A stretch of DNA of 51,993 nucleotides from Patescibacteria group bacterium (GTDB lineage Bacteria; Patescibacteriota; Patescibacteriia; UBA9934; GWF2-40-263). The stretch is from contig JAHJAM010000012.1 of NCBI GenBank assembly GCA_018814025.1, positions 1 to 51,993 on the forward strand, read 5' to 3'. Made by a program: the position numbers and the translations under genes. Each line of letters opens with the position of its first letter. Within the stretch, counting starts at the first letter, position 1. Below, piece after piece: positions 26,180-35,769 of this stretch. The notes under the pieces were generated by a model that did no database searches, was not told the origin of the DNA, and saw only the letters and a program-made list of their open reading frames with translations.

Positions 26180-27016
26180 CTAGCCGCCATTGATCACTTC
26201 CGTGCAGAGCGCTTGAAGGCTTTCCAAGCGTTTGGCCGGCAAACCGGTCTCGGCTTGCAGCTGATCGATTTTGCTCTCGGCCAGCTGGCTGCAGAGCATT
26301 AAATCTTTTTTGCTTAAAGCATCAATTTCCGGCTGAGTTAAGTCGTTGATGACCGTGATCGGGTAGAGGCTGCTGATATCCACCATTTGGGCGAAAGTGC
26401 GTTCGCGCGGATGGTTCCAGCCGATCATGACCATATTTTTGCAATGTCCGTATTGCAGCACTTGGTCCGTGAAGCGGGCGTTGGTGACAATCCAAGCTTC
26501 ATCAAAATGCGGACACAAGCCGATGCCTGATCCGTCAACCAAATCCAAGTAGCGCGACCAGGTGGCTAATGCGTCTTTGATGGTGATTTGGGCTTGGAAG
26601 TTGTGGCGAAATTTGGCTTCAATGAACGCGGTGCGGCCGTCTTTTTTGGCCGTGACGTCCACTTCGTGATAAATGCAGGCGCCTTGATAGCCCTCGGGAG
26701 TTTCCGCTTCATAGCCATAAGCGGTTAAAACGGCGGCCACGTATTTTTCAAAGTTAAAACCGGACGGTCCCAGACGAACAATGCCTTGGCGCAGATTATA
26801 GCGGGCCGCGGCCCACGGTTGTTCTTTGCTCAGCTGCTGGCGAACCATTTGATAAATTTGCTTGGTGGAAATGTTGGGTTTCAAGTTTTGTTCCACTTGG
26901 GCCAGAATCGCATCCGCGGTTTTTTGATCGGCGCCGGTGCGCAAAATGCTTTGTCTAACTTTGCCGGCTTCAAACGGCACGACTTGGCCGGAAGCTTTGG
27001 TGATGTTGGTGAGCAT
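26180..27016 (-). CDS. ATP-cone domain fused to an Mrr-like PD-(D/E)xK nuclease domain
   Basis: The N-terminus (ITKASGQVVPFEAGKVRQSILRTGAD...ISTKQIYQMVRQQL) is an ATP-cone. It is followed by FEKYVAAVLTAYGYEAE...HEVDVTAKKDGRTAFIEAKF, giving the D...E-x-K motif. Confidence 0.75.
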   Translation of the reverse strand: MLTNITKASGQVVPFEAGKVRQSILRTGADQKTADAILAQVEQNLKPNISTKQIYQMVRQQLSKEQPWAAARYNLRQGIVRLGPSGFNFEKYVAAVLTAYGYEAETPEGYQGACIYHEVDVTAKKDGRTAFIEAKFRHNFQAQITIKDALATWSRYLDLVDGSGIGLCPHFDEAWIVTNARFTDQVLQYGHCKNMVMIGWNHPRERTFAQMVDISSLYPITVINDLTQPEIDALSKKDLMLCSQLAESKIDQLQAETGLPAKRLESLQALCTEVINGG

Positions 27017-27091
27017 ACTTGTCCTATTGTATCACTCTTGAAAAACAATAGAAAATGCGCTAGGGTCAGGGCAGTAATATATATCAAACCT

Positions 27092-28591
27092 ATGGACATC
27101 CAAATCAAAAAAGGAGATTTAAACCAAGAGGCCTGCGATTTGCTCGTGCTTGGGGCTTGGGCTGATGATCGAGCATTGACCGCCGCAGGCGAAGGCGTAA
27201 ATCAAGGGTTGCGCGGACAACTGAAGAAAATCATGCATGAGGATCAGTTTGGGGCTAAATTGGGCGAGAGCCTGATGATCAGGCCAAACCAAGCATTTCC
27301 GGCCAAACGAATTTTAGTGCTGGGTTTGGGAGAAGTTAAACAATTTGGATTGGAAGCGATTCGAGTGGCCGCGGCCACGGCTTTGCAGACAGCCAAAAAG
27401 CTTCAGGCGAAAACCGTGGTCTCGCAATTTTTAGGCGAAGTCGATGAGCGATTGACCGTGAAGGATTCGGCTCGGGCCATGGCGGAGGGCTTGCGTTTGG
27501 CTGATTATAAATTCGATCGATATAAATCCAAGAAAAACGGCAAGAGTCCAAACTTGTTTTATATTTTGAGCCGCGATGGGCGGATTGTGCGCCAAGCCGA
27601 GACCGGTTTACTTGTGGGCGAAATTTACGCGCGCGGCACGAATTTTTGCCGCGACATTGTGGATATTCCGGGCCAGCACATGACTCCGCCTGAGATGGTG
27701 GAAAGGGCGCGTGCTTTGGCTAAGGGCCATCCGGAAATCCGCGTACGCGTTTATGATAAAGAACAGCTGGCCAAAATGGGCGCGGGCGGGGTGCTGGGCA
27801 TTGCCCAGGGGTCGGAACATGATCCGTTTTTGGTGCACCTGATTTATCGACCTAAAAAGAAGGCTAAGAAAAAAATTGTTTTGGTGGGCAAGGCTGTCAC
27901 CTTTGACTCTGGCGGCTTATCCCTTAAGCCCGCGGATTCTATGGTTTCTATGAAAGATGACATGGCCGGAGCCGGAGCCGTGCTCGGGGCTTTTTCCGTG
28001 CTGACTGACTTGGCGCCAGCTCATGAAGTTCACGGAATTTTCGCGGCCGTGGAAAATATGCCTTCCGGCCATGCCATCCGCCCCGGGGACGTGGTCAAGA
28101 TTATGAACGGCAAAACCATTGAAGTTTTGAATACGGACGCGGAAGGCCGGGTGACTTTGGCGGACGCGCTGTCTTTCGCGGCCAAACAAAAACCGGATAT
28201 GGTGATTGATTTGGCCACTTTGACCGGCGCTTGCGGCGTTTGCTTGGGTGGGGAAATGGCCGCGATTATGAGCAACAATCCGGTGCTGGCCAATCAACTT
28301 TTAATCGCGGGCAGCCAGGCCGGGGATCGAATGTGGGAATTGCCTTTGGTGGAGAAATATCGAAAATCAATCGAATCGGACGTGGCGGATTATAATAATA
28401 CTGCGGCCGGACGCTTGGGCGGCATTATCACCGCCGGTTTGCTTTTGCGGGAATTTGTGAACAATCTGCCTTGGGCGCACATCGATATCGGCTACGCGGG
28501 TTTCGCGGACAAGCCTTGGAATGCTTTTCAAGGCAAGGGCGGCACCGGTTATGGAGTGCGGACTATGCTAGAATTTCTGCGTACGCTATAA
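27092..28591 (+). CDS. pepA: Leucyl aminopeptidase (M17)
   Basis: VGKAVTFDSGG, MKDDMAGAG and NTDAEGRVTLADAL motifs. ATG 27092 removes an overlap with the upstream divergent gene. Confidence 0.92.
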   Translation: MDIQIKKGDLNQEACDLLVLGAWADDRALTAAGEGVNQGLRGQLKKIMHEDQFGAKLGESLMIRPNQAFPAKRILVLGLGEVKQFGLEAIRVAAATALQTAKKLQAKTVVSQFLGEVDERLTVKDSARAMAEGLRLADYKFDRYKSKKNGKSPNLFYILSRDGRIVRQAETGLLVGEIYARGTNFCRDIVDIPGQHMTPPEMVERARALAKGHPEIRVRVYDKEQLAKMGAGGVLGIAQGSEHDPFLVHLIYRPKKKAKKKIVLVGKAVTFDSGGLSLKPADSMVSMKDDMAGAGAVLGAFSVLTDLAPAHEVHGIFAAVENMPSGHAIRPGDVVKIMNGKTIEVLNTDAEGRVTLADALSFAAKQKPDMVIDLATLTGACGVCLGGEMAAIMSNNPVLANQLLIAGSQAGDRMWELPLVEKYRKSIESDVADYNNTAAGRLGGIITAGLLLREFVNNLPWAHIDIGYAGFADKPWNAFQGKGGTGYGVRTMLEFLRTL

Positions 28592-28621
28592 TCGAATCAA
28601 TAATGCGTAACCAATGGTCGT

Positions 28622-28858
28622 ATGAATGTCATCGTATATTCAACTCCCACTTGTCCTTACTGTGTTCAATTAAAAGAGTGGTTGAAAAAGCATCAGATCG
28701 ATTTTAGGGATTTTGATGTTTCGGCTGACCGGGAAAAAGCCGAAGAGATGATTAAGAAGTCCGGACAAATGGGCGTGCCCGTGATCGAAATTGATGATGA
28801 ATTGATTGTCGGGTTCGATCGGGAGCAAATCGCCAAAGTCTTGAACATTAATGAATAA
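28622..28858 (+). CDS. Glutaredoxin/NrdH-like small redoxin
   Basis: VIVYSTPTCPYC...GVPVIEIDD. Confidence 0.85.
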   Translation: MNVIVYSTPTCPYCVQLKEWLKKHQIDFRDFDVSADREKAEEMIKKSGQMGVPVIEIDDELIVGFDREQIAKVLNINE

Positions 28859-28892
28859 TAAAATCCCCAGGCATTCGCCCGGGGATTTTTTA
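28859..28892. terminator. Bidirectional terminator
   Basis: Stem AAATCCCC / GGGGATTT flanked by A- and T-runs. Confidence 0.7.
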
Positions 28893-28901
28893 ATTGGCTG
28901 A

Positions 28902-29459
28902 TTATTTGCCTAAGGTCTCTTGCCCTTTGGTCCAAGAAGCCGGGCAATTTTCCCCGGTTTGCAAAGCAGCCAAAACACGCAGGGTTTCGGTGACGCTGCG
29001 GCCCACACCCAAGTCATGATACAAGGCGTAGCGCAGGATGCCATCCGGATCAACAATGAAGGTGCCGCGCAAGGCCACGCCATCTTCTTCCTGCAGGACT
29101 TCATAATCAAGCGACATATTCAGATTCTTGTCGGCAAAAAGAGGATAGGGGAGTTCGCCGAGTTCTTTTTCAATCCAGGCTTTGTGCGAATAGACCGAAT
29201 CAGTGGAACCGCCAATTAGATCCGCACCCAGATCTACAAATTCTTGATAGTGACTGCGGAACTCTTTGATTTCGGTCGGGCACACAAAAGTGAAGTCCAA
29301 GGGATAGAAAAAAATGACTAGCCATTTGCCTTTGTAATCATCAAGACTCAGGGTAGTGAACTTATCTTTTTCAATCACGGCCTCGACTTTAAAGGGCGGG
29401 GCTGGGTGGCCGATGCGGGCCGTCGCACAACCCATTAACATTGTTTCTTCGTCTTCCAT
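28902..29459 (-). CDS. Peroxiredoxin (AhpC/Prx family)
   Basis: FYPLDFTFVCPTEI peroxidatic Cys motif, with a possible C-terminal resolving Cys (GENCPASW). Confidence 0.9.
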   Translation of the reverse strand: MEDEETMLMGCATARIGHPAPPFKVEAVIEKDKFTTLSLDDYKGKWLVIFFYPLDFTFVCPTEIKEFRSHYQEFVDLGADLIGGSTDSVYSHKAWIEKELGELPYPLFADKNLNMSLDYEVLQEEDGVALRGTFIVDPDGILRYALYHDLGVGRSVTETLRVLAALQTGENCPASWTKGQETLGK

Positions 29460-29461
29460 AT

Positions 29462-30079
29462 TTATTTGAGTGAAATTGATTTAGCTTTTTCGTAAAGGGA
29501 GTTTAGCCGGTCCCAGTTTAGGTTTTTAAAAAATGAGTTAATGTAGGCTTTTCGATCTGCTCCAAAGTCCATGAAGTAAGCGTGTTCGTAAACGTCCAGG
29601 ACGAGAATCGGCAGGCAGCCCCAGACTCCGCCTTGATTGTGAGCATCGCAGCTGTAAACTTTTAATCTCTCCAACTGAAGATCCCGACATAACACGACCC
29701 AGCCTCGGGCCGCCAGGCCGGAAGCCGTGAAATAAGCAATAAACTTTTCGATCGAGCCCCATTTGGCCGCGAGATCATCAGCCAGTGGTCCTTGCGGTAC
29801 CCCGTCTCCGCCCAAGGCTTGAAAATAGTATTCGTGCAGATAGACCCCGTTGGCGGCGAAGGTTTCGCCATCCCGCAGCCCGCGCAAGTCAGAAAAAGTC
29901 TGGTTGGCGGATTCAAAGAGCGAATCGCTTTGCGACAATTTCGTGGCCACTTCTTTCAGTTTATTGACATAACCTTGGTAGAGTTTGTCATGATGAATTT
30001 CCAGAGTTTTCTTTGAGATTCCTTCCAAATCTTGATCAAAAGGCAGGGGTTTGGCTTCATAATCCTTGGCACTGGGCAT
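29462..30079 (-). CDS. Fe/Mn superoxide dismutase
   Basis: LEIHHDKLYQGYV and DVYEHAYFMDF metal-ligand motifs. Confidence 0.93.
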   Translation of the reverse strand: MPSAKDYEAKPLPFDQDLEGISKKTLEIHHDKLYQGYVNKLKEVATKLSQSDSLFESANQTFSDLRGLRDGETFAANGVYLHEYYFQALGGDGVPQGPLADDLAAKWGSIEKFIAYFTASGLAARGWVVLCRDLQLERLKVYSCDAHNQGGVWGCLPILVLDVYEHAYFMDFGADRKAYINSFFKNLNWDRLNSLYEKAKSISLK

Positions 30080-30148
30080 AGGTGTACAATTTAATTAATT
30101 AAGGTAAAGTCTGTATCAATGTTAACGGATTAAGAATCGCCGTCAAAT

Positions 30149-31243
30149 ATGCGTTCGCGCGGCATTTACTATTTCATTTTTTCAGTCTTGATCGTGGGCG
30201 GCATTTTCGCTTACCAGTATTGGAATTTTCGCATCCCCAGGCAGCTGCCGATTCAGGAATATGATTTTTCACTTCGGGAAACCGACGGAGTCAAACATAT
30301 TGTGGATTTAGGTGATTTGGTGAGTGCGGGCGCGCCTCAAGATAATATTCCATCCATTGAGGCGCCGGAGTTTGAAAGCATGCCGGATGCGGACGTGTAT
30401 TTGAAAGATGACGGATATGGACTGGATTTGGAAATTGACGGGGATCATCGATTTTATCCTTATCAACTAATGGTCTGGCACGAAATTGTGAACGATGTTT
30501 TTAACGGACAGCCCGTGTTGGTCACCTATTGCCCATTGTGCGAGAGCGGCGTGGTTTTCGAGCGGCGGATTGGGGAGCAAACCGTGGAATTCGGCACGGC
30601 CGGCCGGCTGTGGAATAACAATCTGGTTATGTACGATCGCCAGACCCAAACTTGGTGGAGTCAAATTCTAGGCCAAGGGGTGGTAGGCGAGTTGGCGGGC
30701 CGGGATTTGCAGCGCTTACCGGCTCAGGTCATGACTTGGGATGCTTGGAAGCGCCAGTATCCGGACGGGGAAGTCTTAAGTCGCGAAACGGGCGCGGATC
30801 GGGATTATACACGCGATCCTTATGGAGATTATTATACGAATTCAGATATTCATTTTACTTTGACCGGCCGGGATGCGCGTTTGCAAGTGAAAGAGCGGAT
30901 TTATGGAGTTTTGACTGATGCTCAATCAGCTTATCTGCGCGCGGCCGTGGTCAATGAACCGGTGATCAATGATCAGATTGGAGGCTTATCAACCGTTTTG
31001 GTATATAATGATGAAACCGAGGCGGTGCGAGTTTTTTCCCGACAAATCAACGGTCAAATCTTGACTTTTTCCAAAAATGGTCAAACACTGATCGATGAGC
31101 AGACGCAAAGCCAATGGTCGCTGGACGGCCTGGCCATCAGCGGCGATTGGCAAGGCGCGACGCTTGAAGAGCTGCCCGTGATTTCAGCCTTTTGGTTTTG
31201 CTGGTCAGCCGCTTATCCCAATTCTAATTTACACTTACCATAA
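30149..31243 (+). CDS. DUF3179 domain protein (membrane-anchored)
   Basis: DNIPSIEAPEF, VTYCPLCESG and FGTAGRLWNNNLVMYDRQTQTWWSQ. Confidence 0.8.
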   Translation: MRSRGIYYFIFSVLIVGGIFAYQYWNFRIPRQLPIQEYDFSLRETDGVKHIVDLGDLVSAGAPQDNIPSIEAPEFESMPDADVYLKDDGYGLDLEIDGDHRFYPYQLMVWHEIVNDVFNGQPVLVTYCPLCESGVVFERRIGEQTVEFGTAGRLWNNNLVMYDRQTQTWWSQILGQGVVGELAGRDLQRLPAQVMTWDAWKRQYPDGEVLSRETGADRDYTRDPYGDYYTNSDIHFTLTGRDARLQVKERIYGVLTDAQSAYLRAAVVNEPVINDQIGGLSTVLVYNDETEAVRVFSRQINGQILTFSKNGQTLIDEQTQSQWSLDGLAISGDWQGATLEELPVISAFWFCWSAAYPNSNLHLP

Positions 31244-31248
31244 ACTTT

Positions 31249-31995
31249 ATGTACGGATTAGTGCCAGTATTAATTTTCATCGTCTTTGTTCTTTTGATTA
31301 GCATCCGCCAGATTAACCAATACCAGCGAGCCGTTAAATTTCGCCTGGGTAAATATGCTGGCACTTTGGAACCGGGCTGGCGCTTAGTGATCCCGATTTT
31401 TGAGATGATTAAGAAAGTCGACATGCGGACCAAGGCCGTGGACGTGCCGGATCAAGAAGCAATTACCAAAGACAACATTTCCGCGCGCATTAACGCGGTC
31501 ATCTATTATAAAGTCAGCGATGCGGCCAAGGCCGTGATCGAAGTGGAAAACTTTTGGTTCGCGGTCAGCCAATTGGCGCAAACGACCATGCGCAACGTGG
31601 TCGGGGAATTGGATTTGGATGAACTGTTGAGCCAACGCGAGCAAGCTTCGGCCAAAATTAAAGATATCGTGGATAAACTGACTGACCCATGGGGTATCCA
31701 AGTTGAGAACGTGGAGCTGAAGGATATTACTTTGCCGGAAGAGATGAAGCGCGTGATCGGCAAGCAGGCCGAGGCCGAACGCGAACGGCGATCAGTGGTG
31801 ATCAAAGCCCAAGGCGAAGTGCAAGCCGCGGAGAACTTAACCAAAGCCGCCAATATGTTGTCGACCGCGCCCGGGGCTTTGCACCTGCGTACCCTGAATA
31901 CTTTGAATGACTTGTCATCCGACCAGTCGAACACCGTGATTTTCGCGATCCCGCTGGAAATCCTGCGGGCTTTTGAAAAGATGGGTAAAGAATAA
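31249..31995 (+). CDS. SPFH/Band-7 (stomatin-like) protein
   Basis: YQRAVKFRLGK...QEAITKDN...AEAERERR. Confidence 0.9.
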   Translation: MYGLVPVLIFIVFVLLISIRQINQYQRAVKFRLGKYAGTLEPGWRLVIPIFEMIKKVDMRTKAVDVPDQEAITKDNISARINAVIYYKVSDAAKAVIEVENFWFAVSQLAQTTMRNVVGELDLDELLSQREQASAKIKDIVDKLTDPWGIQVENVELKDITLPEEMKRVIGKQAEAERERRSVVIKAQGEVQAAENLTKAANMLSTAPGALHLRTLNTLNDLSSDQSNTVIFAIPLEILRAFEKMGKE

Positions 31996-32001
31996 AGCCA
32001 T

Positions 32002-32679
32002 ATGCCAGGTCAACTATTCATAGTGGCCACGCCAATTGGAAATTTGGGGGACATCAGCGAGCGCGCCAAAAGCACGCTCGCTTCGGTTGACGCCGTATTG
32101 TGCGAAGATACGCGGGTAACGGCTAAATTAATGTCGGTTTTGGGAATTAAAAAAACTCTGATTTCTTATCATCAACATTCTAGCTTGAAGAAAACCGATG
32201 AGATTTTGCAGCGCTTGAACAACGGCGATAAATTAGCTTTGGTCACGGACGCGGGCACGCCCGGCATCTCGGATCCGGGCGGCCGATTGATTGAGGCCGT
32301 GAACGCAAAACTTCACGATCGGATAGAAATGATTCCGATCCCGGGACCAAATGCGGCTATTGCAACCCTATCGATTTCCGGTTTTCCCACGGATAAATTC
32401 ACTTTTTTGGGGTTCCCGCCGCACAAAAAGAAGCGAACGGAGTTTTTCACGATCGTGAAAAACTCCGTCTGGACCGCGGTGTTTTATGAAAGCACGCATC
32501 GCATTATCAAAACCTTGGAACAATTAAGTGAAGCCATTGGCGATCGGCCGATTGTGGTTGGCCGAGAACTGACCAAGCTGCATGAGACGATTTACCGCGG
32601 CACCGCGGCCGAAGTGACAAAACAGCTGGAATCCACTAGTATTAAAGGCGAATTCGTTATTGTAATTGCTCCAAAATAG
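32002..32679 (+). CDS. rsmI: 16S rRNA (cytidine1402-2'-O)-methyltransferase RsmI
   Basis: LFIVATPIGNLGDIS...CEDTR...DAGTPGISDPG. Confidence 0.9.
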   Translation: MPGQLFIVATPIGNLGDISERAKSTLASVDAVLCEDTRVTAKLMSVLGIKKTLISYHQHSSLKKTDEILQRLNNGDKLALVTDAGTPGISDPGGRLIEAVNAKLHDRIEMIPIPGPNAAIATLSISGFPTDKFTFLGFPPHKKKRTEFFTIVKNSVWTAVFYESTHRIIKTLEQLSEAIGDRPIVVGRELTKLHETIYRGTAAEVTKQLESTSIKGEFVIVIAPK

Positions 32680-32680
32680 T

Positions 32681-34192
32681 ATGGAAAAATTTTATCTCAC
32701 CACCCCGATTTATTATGTGAACGGCCAGCCGTCGATCGGCCACGCTTACACCAACATTACGGCTGACATCATTGCCCGCTACCAGCGCATGATCGGCAAT
32801 GAGGTTTTTTTCATGACCGGCACGGACGAAAACAGCCAAAAAAATGTCGAAGCCGCGGAAAAGGCCGGCCGGGCTGATGACATTCAAGGTTATTTGGATG
32901 AGATGTCCGCCCTTTGGCAGCAATCTTTTGATACTTTGGGTCTGACGCATGATCGCTTCATCCGCACCACCGAGGCCGATCATAAAAAGGCGGTGGAGAA
33001 ATTTTGGCAGGCCGTGGACGCCAAAGGCGATATTTATAAAGGCGAATATCAAGGATTGTATTGCACCGGGTGCGAGGCCTTTGTCACGGAGTCTGAGTTG
33101 GTTGAAGGAAAATGCCAAATCCACAAACGAGCGCCGGAGAGCATCAAAGAAGAAAATTATTTTTTCAAATTAAGCAATTATCGCCAAGCGCTTTTGGATC
33201 ACATTGAAAAAAATCCGGATTTTATCATGCCCAAATCCCGCCGCAATGAAGTGGTCAGCTATATCGACAAGTTTATGACTGATATTTCCATTACTCGGCA
33301 AAGCATGAAATGGGGCATTCCGGCGCCGGGCGATGCGAATCAGCGGATTTATGTTTGGTTCGATGCCTTGATTAACTATTTAACCGGCGTGGGCTACGGC
33401 ACCGATGACCAAAGATTCGAAAAATGGTGGCCGGCAAATTTGCACTTGGTGGGCAAGGATATTATCAAGTTTCATTGCGCGCTTTGGCCGGCCATGCTGA
33501 TGTCGGCCGGACTGCCTTTGCCCAAGCAGGTTTTGGCGCATGGCTTTTTCACCATCGACGGGGAAAAAATGAGCAAGTCCTTAGGCAACGTGATTGATCC
33601 GCTGCCGATCGTTCAGGATTATGGCAATGACGCTTTGCGTTTTTTCTTGATGCGCGAAATTCGCTTGGGTGAGGATGGGGATTTTTCTCTGTCGCGCCTG
33701 GCGGAACGCTATGATGGGGAATTAGCGAACGAATTGGGCAATTTGGTGCACCGGGTTTTATCCATGACGGAAAAATATTTCGAGGGTGAAATTCCGGAAC
33801 GAGCCGAACAAACGGCCAAGGCCGAAGCCATGAAGAATTATCAAGCGAATATGGATGAGTTTCGTTTGCCGGACGCTTTGGAAGCGGTGTGGAAAATCGT
33901 GCGCGAAGCCAATCAGTTTATCGAATTGAAGAAGCCTTGGGTCTTGGCCAAGAATGAAGATTTGCATGAGCTGTCAGATACCATGTATCTCTCTTTGGAA
34001 ACTTTGCGAGTTTTGGCCTGGCTGATTAATCCGTTTATGCCGGAAACCGCGGTCAAAATCCTCACTAAGCTCGGCTTGGATCCGGGAACGGAATTCGCTC
34101 AGGATTACTTTTCCGGTTTAACTTGGGGCAAATTGGCTCCGGGTGGTAAAATCGACAAAGGCGAGGCTTTGTTTCCGCGCCGGGAAGAATAA
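32681..34192 (+). CDS. metG: Methionyl-tRNA synthetase (short form)
   Basis: PIYYVNGQPSIGHAYT (HIGH-type) and KMSKSLGN. The ATG is at 32681; the track start at 32666 is TTG. Confidence 0.93.
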   Translation: MEKFYLTTPIYYVNGQPSIGHAYTNITADIIARYQRMIGNEVFFMTGTDENSQKNVEAAEKAGRADDIQGYLDEMSALWQQSFDTLGLTHDRFIRTTEADHKKAVEKFWQAVDAKGDIYKGEYQGLYCTGCEAFVTESELVEGKCQIHKRAPESIKEENYFFKLSNYRQALLDHIEKNPDFIMPKSRRNEVVSYIDKFMTDISITRQSMKWGIPAPGDANQRIYVWFDALINYLTGVGYGTDDQRFEKWWPANLHLVGKDIIKFHCALWPAMLMSAGLPLPKQVLAHGFFTIDGEKMSKSLGNVIDPLPIVQDYGNDALRFFLMREIRLGEDGDFSLSRLAERYDGELANELGNLVHRVLSMTEKYFEGEIPERAEQTAKAEAMKNYQANMDEFRLPDALEAVWKIVREANQFIELKKPWVLAKNEDLHELSDTMYLSLETLRVLAWLINPFMPETAVKILTKLGLDPGTEFAQDYFSGLTWGKLAPGGKIDKGEALFPRREE

Positions 34193-34197
34193 TTCAT

Positions 34198-34824
34198 ATG
34201 GTTTTAATCGACATCATTTTACTGTTGATCGTGGCCGGATTTCTGTTTCTGGGCTTGGCCATGGGTTTTGCCAGCATGGTCGGCAGCATTTTAGGCACGA
34301 TCATCGGACTATTAGCGGCTTCGACTTTTTCACCCGCGGTTTACGACGCTTACGGCCATTTGCTGGGCGGCGGCAGTTTCGCACAAATTGCCGTGTTCGT
34401 GATTTTATTCGTTTTGACCAGCAAAATCATCGGTGTGGTGCTGTGGTTTTTGAGCAAGATTTTTAACATTTTCGCTTGGATTCCTTTGGCCGGCTTGTTT
34501 GATCGCTTGCTGGGCGGACTGCTGGGCTTAATCGAATCCGGGATCGTGATCGGCGGTATATTGTATTTTGCCACCACTCATATTTCACCAGAGATCTTAT
34601 TGCCGATTTTGGAATCATCCGCGATTTCCAAGCTGTTGATCGCCACGGCTTCAGCGGTCAGCGTGTTTGGGCCGGATACGGTGGATACGGCCAGAAATAC
34701 TTTTAACGCGGCCAAGGATTCGATTGATAACACGGAAGAAATCGTCAATGAAGTTAAAAATCGGATCGAAACCGGCCAAGAGCTTTACGAAACCGTTACC
34801 AGTTCCGGTGATTTGCAGTTTTAA
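34198..34824 (+). CDS. CvpA family membrane protein
   Basis: ILLLIVAGFLFLGLAMGF start and four TM segments. Confidence 0.65.
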   Translation: MVLIDIILLLIVAGFLFLGLAMGFASMVGSILGTIIGLLAASTFSPAVYDAYGHLLGGGSFAQIAVFVILFVLTSKIIGVVLWFLSKIFNIFAWIPLAGLFDRLLGGLLGLIESGIVIGGILYFATTHISPEILLPILESSAISKLLIATASAVSVFGPDTVDTARNTFNAAKDSIDNTEEIVNEVKNRIETGQELYETVTSSGDLQF

Positions 34825-34826
34825 TT

Positions 34827-35696
34827 ATGCTGATTGATACGCATTGCCACGTCCACTTTAACGCCTTCAAAGATGACATGGACGAGGTCATCAAAAGAAC
34901 CCTGGCGCAAGGGGTTTTTATGATTACCGTGGGCACGCAAAAGGATACCAGCCAAAAAGCTTTAGCCGTGGCCAATCAATATGACGGGGTTTGGGCCTCG
35001 GTCGGCCTGCACCCGAATCATTTATGCGAGCAGGAATTTTTTGATGATGACGAATTGCCGTCCGCGTCCATCAAAACCCGCTGCGAGCAGTACGATCATG
35101 ATTTCTACTATGCTTTGGCGCAACAGTCTAAATGCGTGGCCATCGGTGAGGTCGGGCTGGATTATTATCATTTGCCGAAAAATGCGAATCAGGCCGAACT
35201 CAAAAATGATCAAAAGATGGTTTGCTGCAAGTTTTTCGAATTAGCGGATGAATCAAATCTGCCCGTGATTATTCACAGCCGCGACGCCTTTCTCGATCAA
35301 TATGCTTTGATCAAAGAGTTTGTGGATGCGGGCGGACTAAAAAGAAGGGGAGTGGTGCATTGTTTTTCCGGAACTATCGAGGAAGCTCAGGCTTATCTGG
35401 ATTTGGGATTTATGGTTTCCTTCACAGGTATGATTACCTTTAAGCCGAAAAAGGGGATGGGTGAATTTTCCCCGATTCAAGCCGTGGTTAAGGCCGTGCC
35501 TTTGGAATCGATCATGGTGGAAACCGATGCGCCGTATTTGGCGCCGGAGCCGCATCGGGGGCAACGCTCGGAACCTTGGATGGTGAGGTTTACGGCTGAG
35601 AAAATCGCTGAATTGAAAGGAGTTTCAATCGAAGAAGTTAGCAAAATCACTGGTGAGAATGCGAAACGGATGTTCGGAGTCGGAGTGGATCGGTAG
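34827..35696 (+). CDS. tatD: TatD family metal-dependent hydrolase
   Basis: LIDTHCHV, GEVGLDY, IHSRDA, HCFSG and ETDAPYL. Confidence 0.9.
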   Translation: MLIDTHCHVHFNAFKDDMDEVIKRTLAQGVFMITVGTQKDTSQKALAVANQYDGVWASVGLHPNHLCEQEFFDDDELPSASIKTRCEQYDHDFYYALAQQSKCVAIGEVGLDYYHLPKNANQAELKNDQKMVCCKFFELADESNLPVIIHSRDAFLDQYALIKEFVDAGGLKRRGVVHCFSGTIEEAQAYLDLGFMVSFTGMITFKPKKGMGEFSPIQAVVKAVPLESIMVETDAPYLAPEPHRGQRSEPWMVRFTAEKIAELKGVSIEEVSKITGENAKRMFGVGVDR

Positions 35697-35713
35697 AAAA
35701 AAAGCGGATCGGA

Positions 35714-35750
35714 TAATAAAAAACAGCCACGGAACGCTCCGTGGCTGTTG
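35714..35750. terminator. Bidirectional terminator at the left edge of the two-gene island
   Basis: Stem CAGCCACGG / CCGTGGCTG, with an A-run upstream that becomes a T-run on the minus strand. Confidence 0.7.
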
Positions 35751-35769
35751 AAGTTAGAGAGAAAAGGAA

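Noticed and set aside
26786-27091. The 102-codon N-terminal extension of the aminopeptidase ORF
   Set aside because: It overlaps the divergent ATP-cone/nuclease gene on the other strand. M17 homology begins at the in-frame ATG at 27092 (MDIQIKKGDL...).
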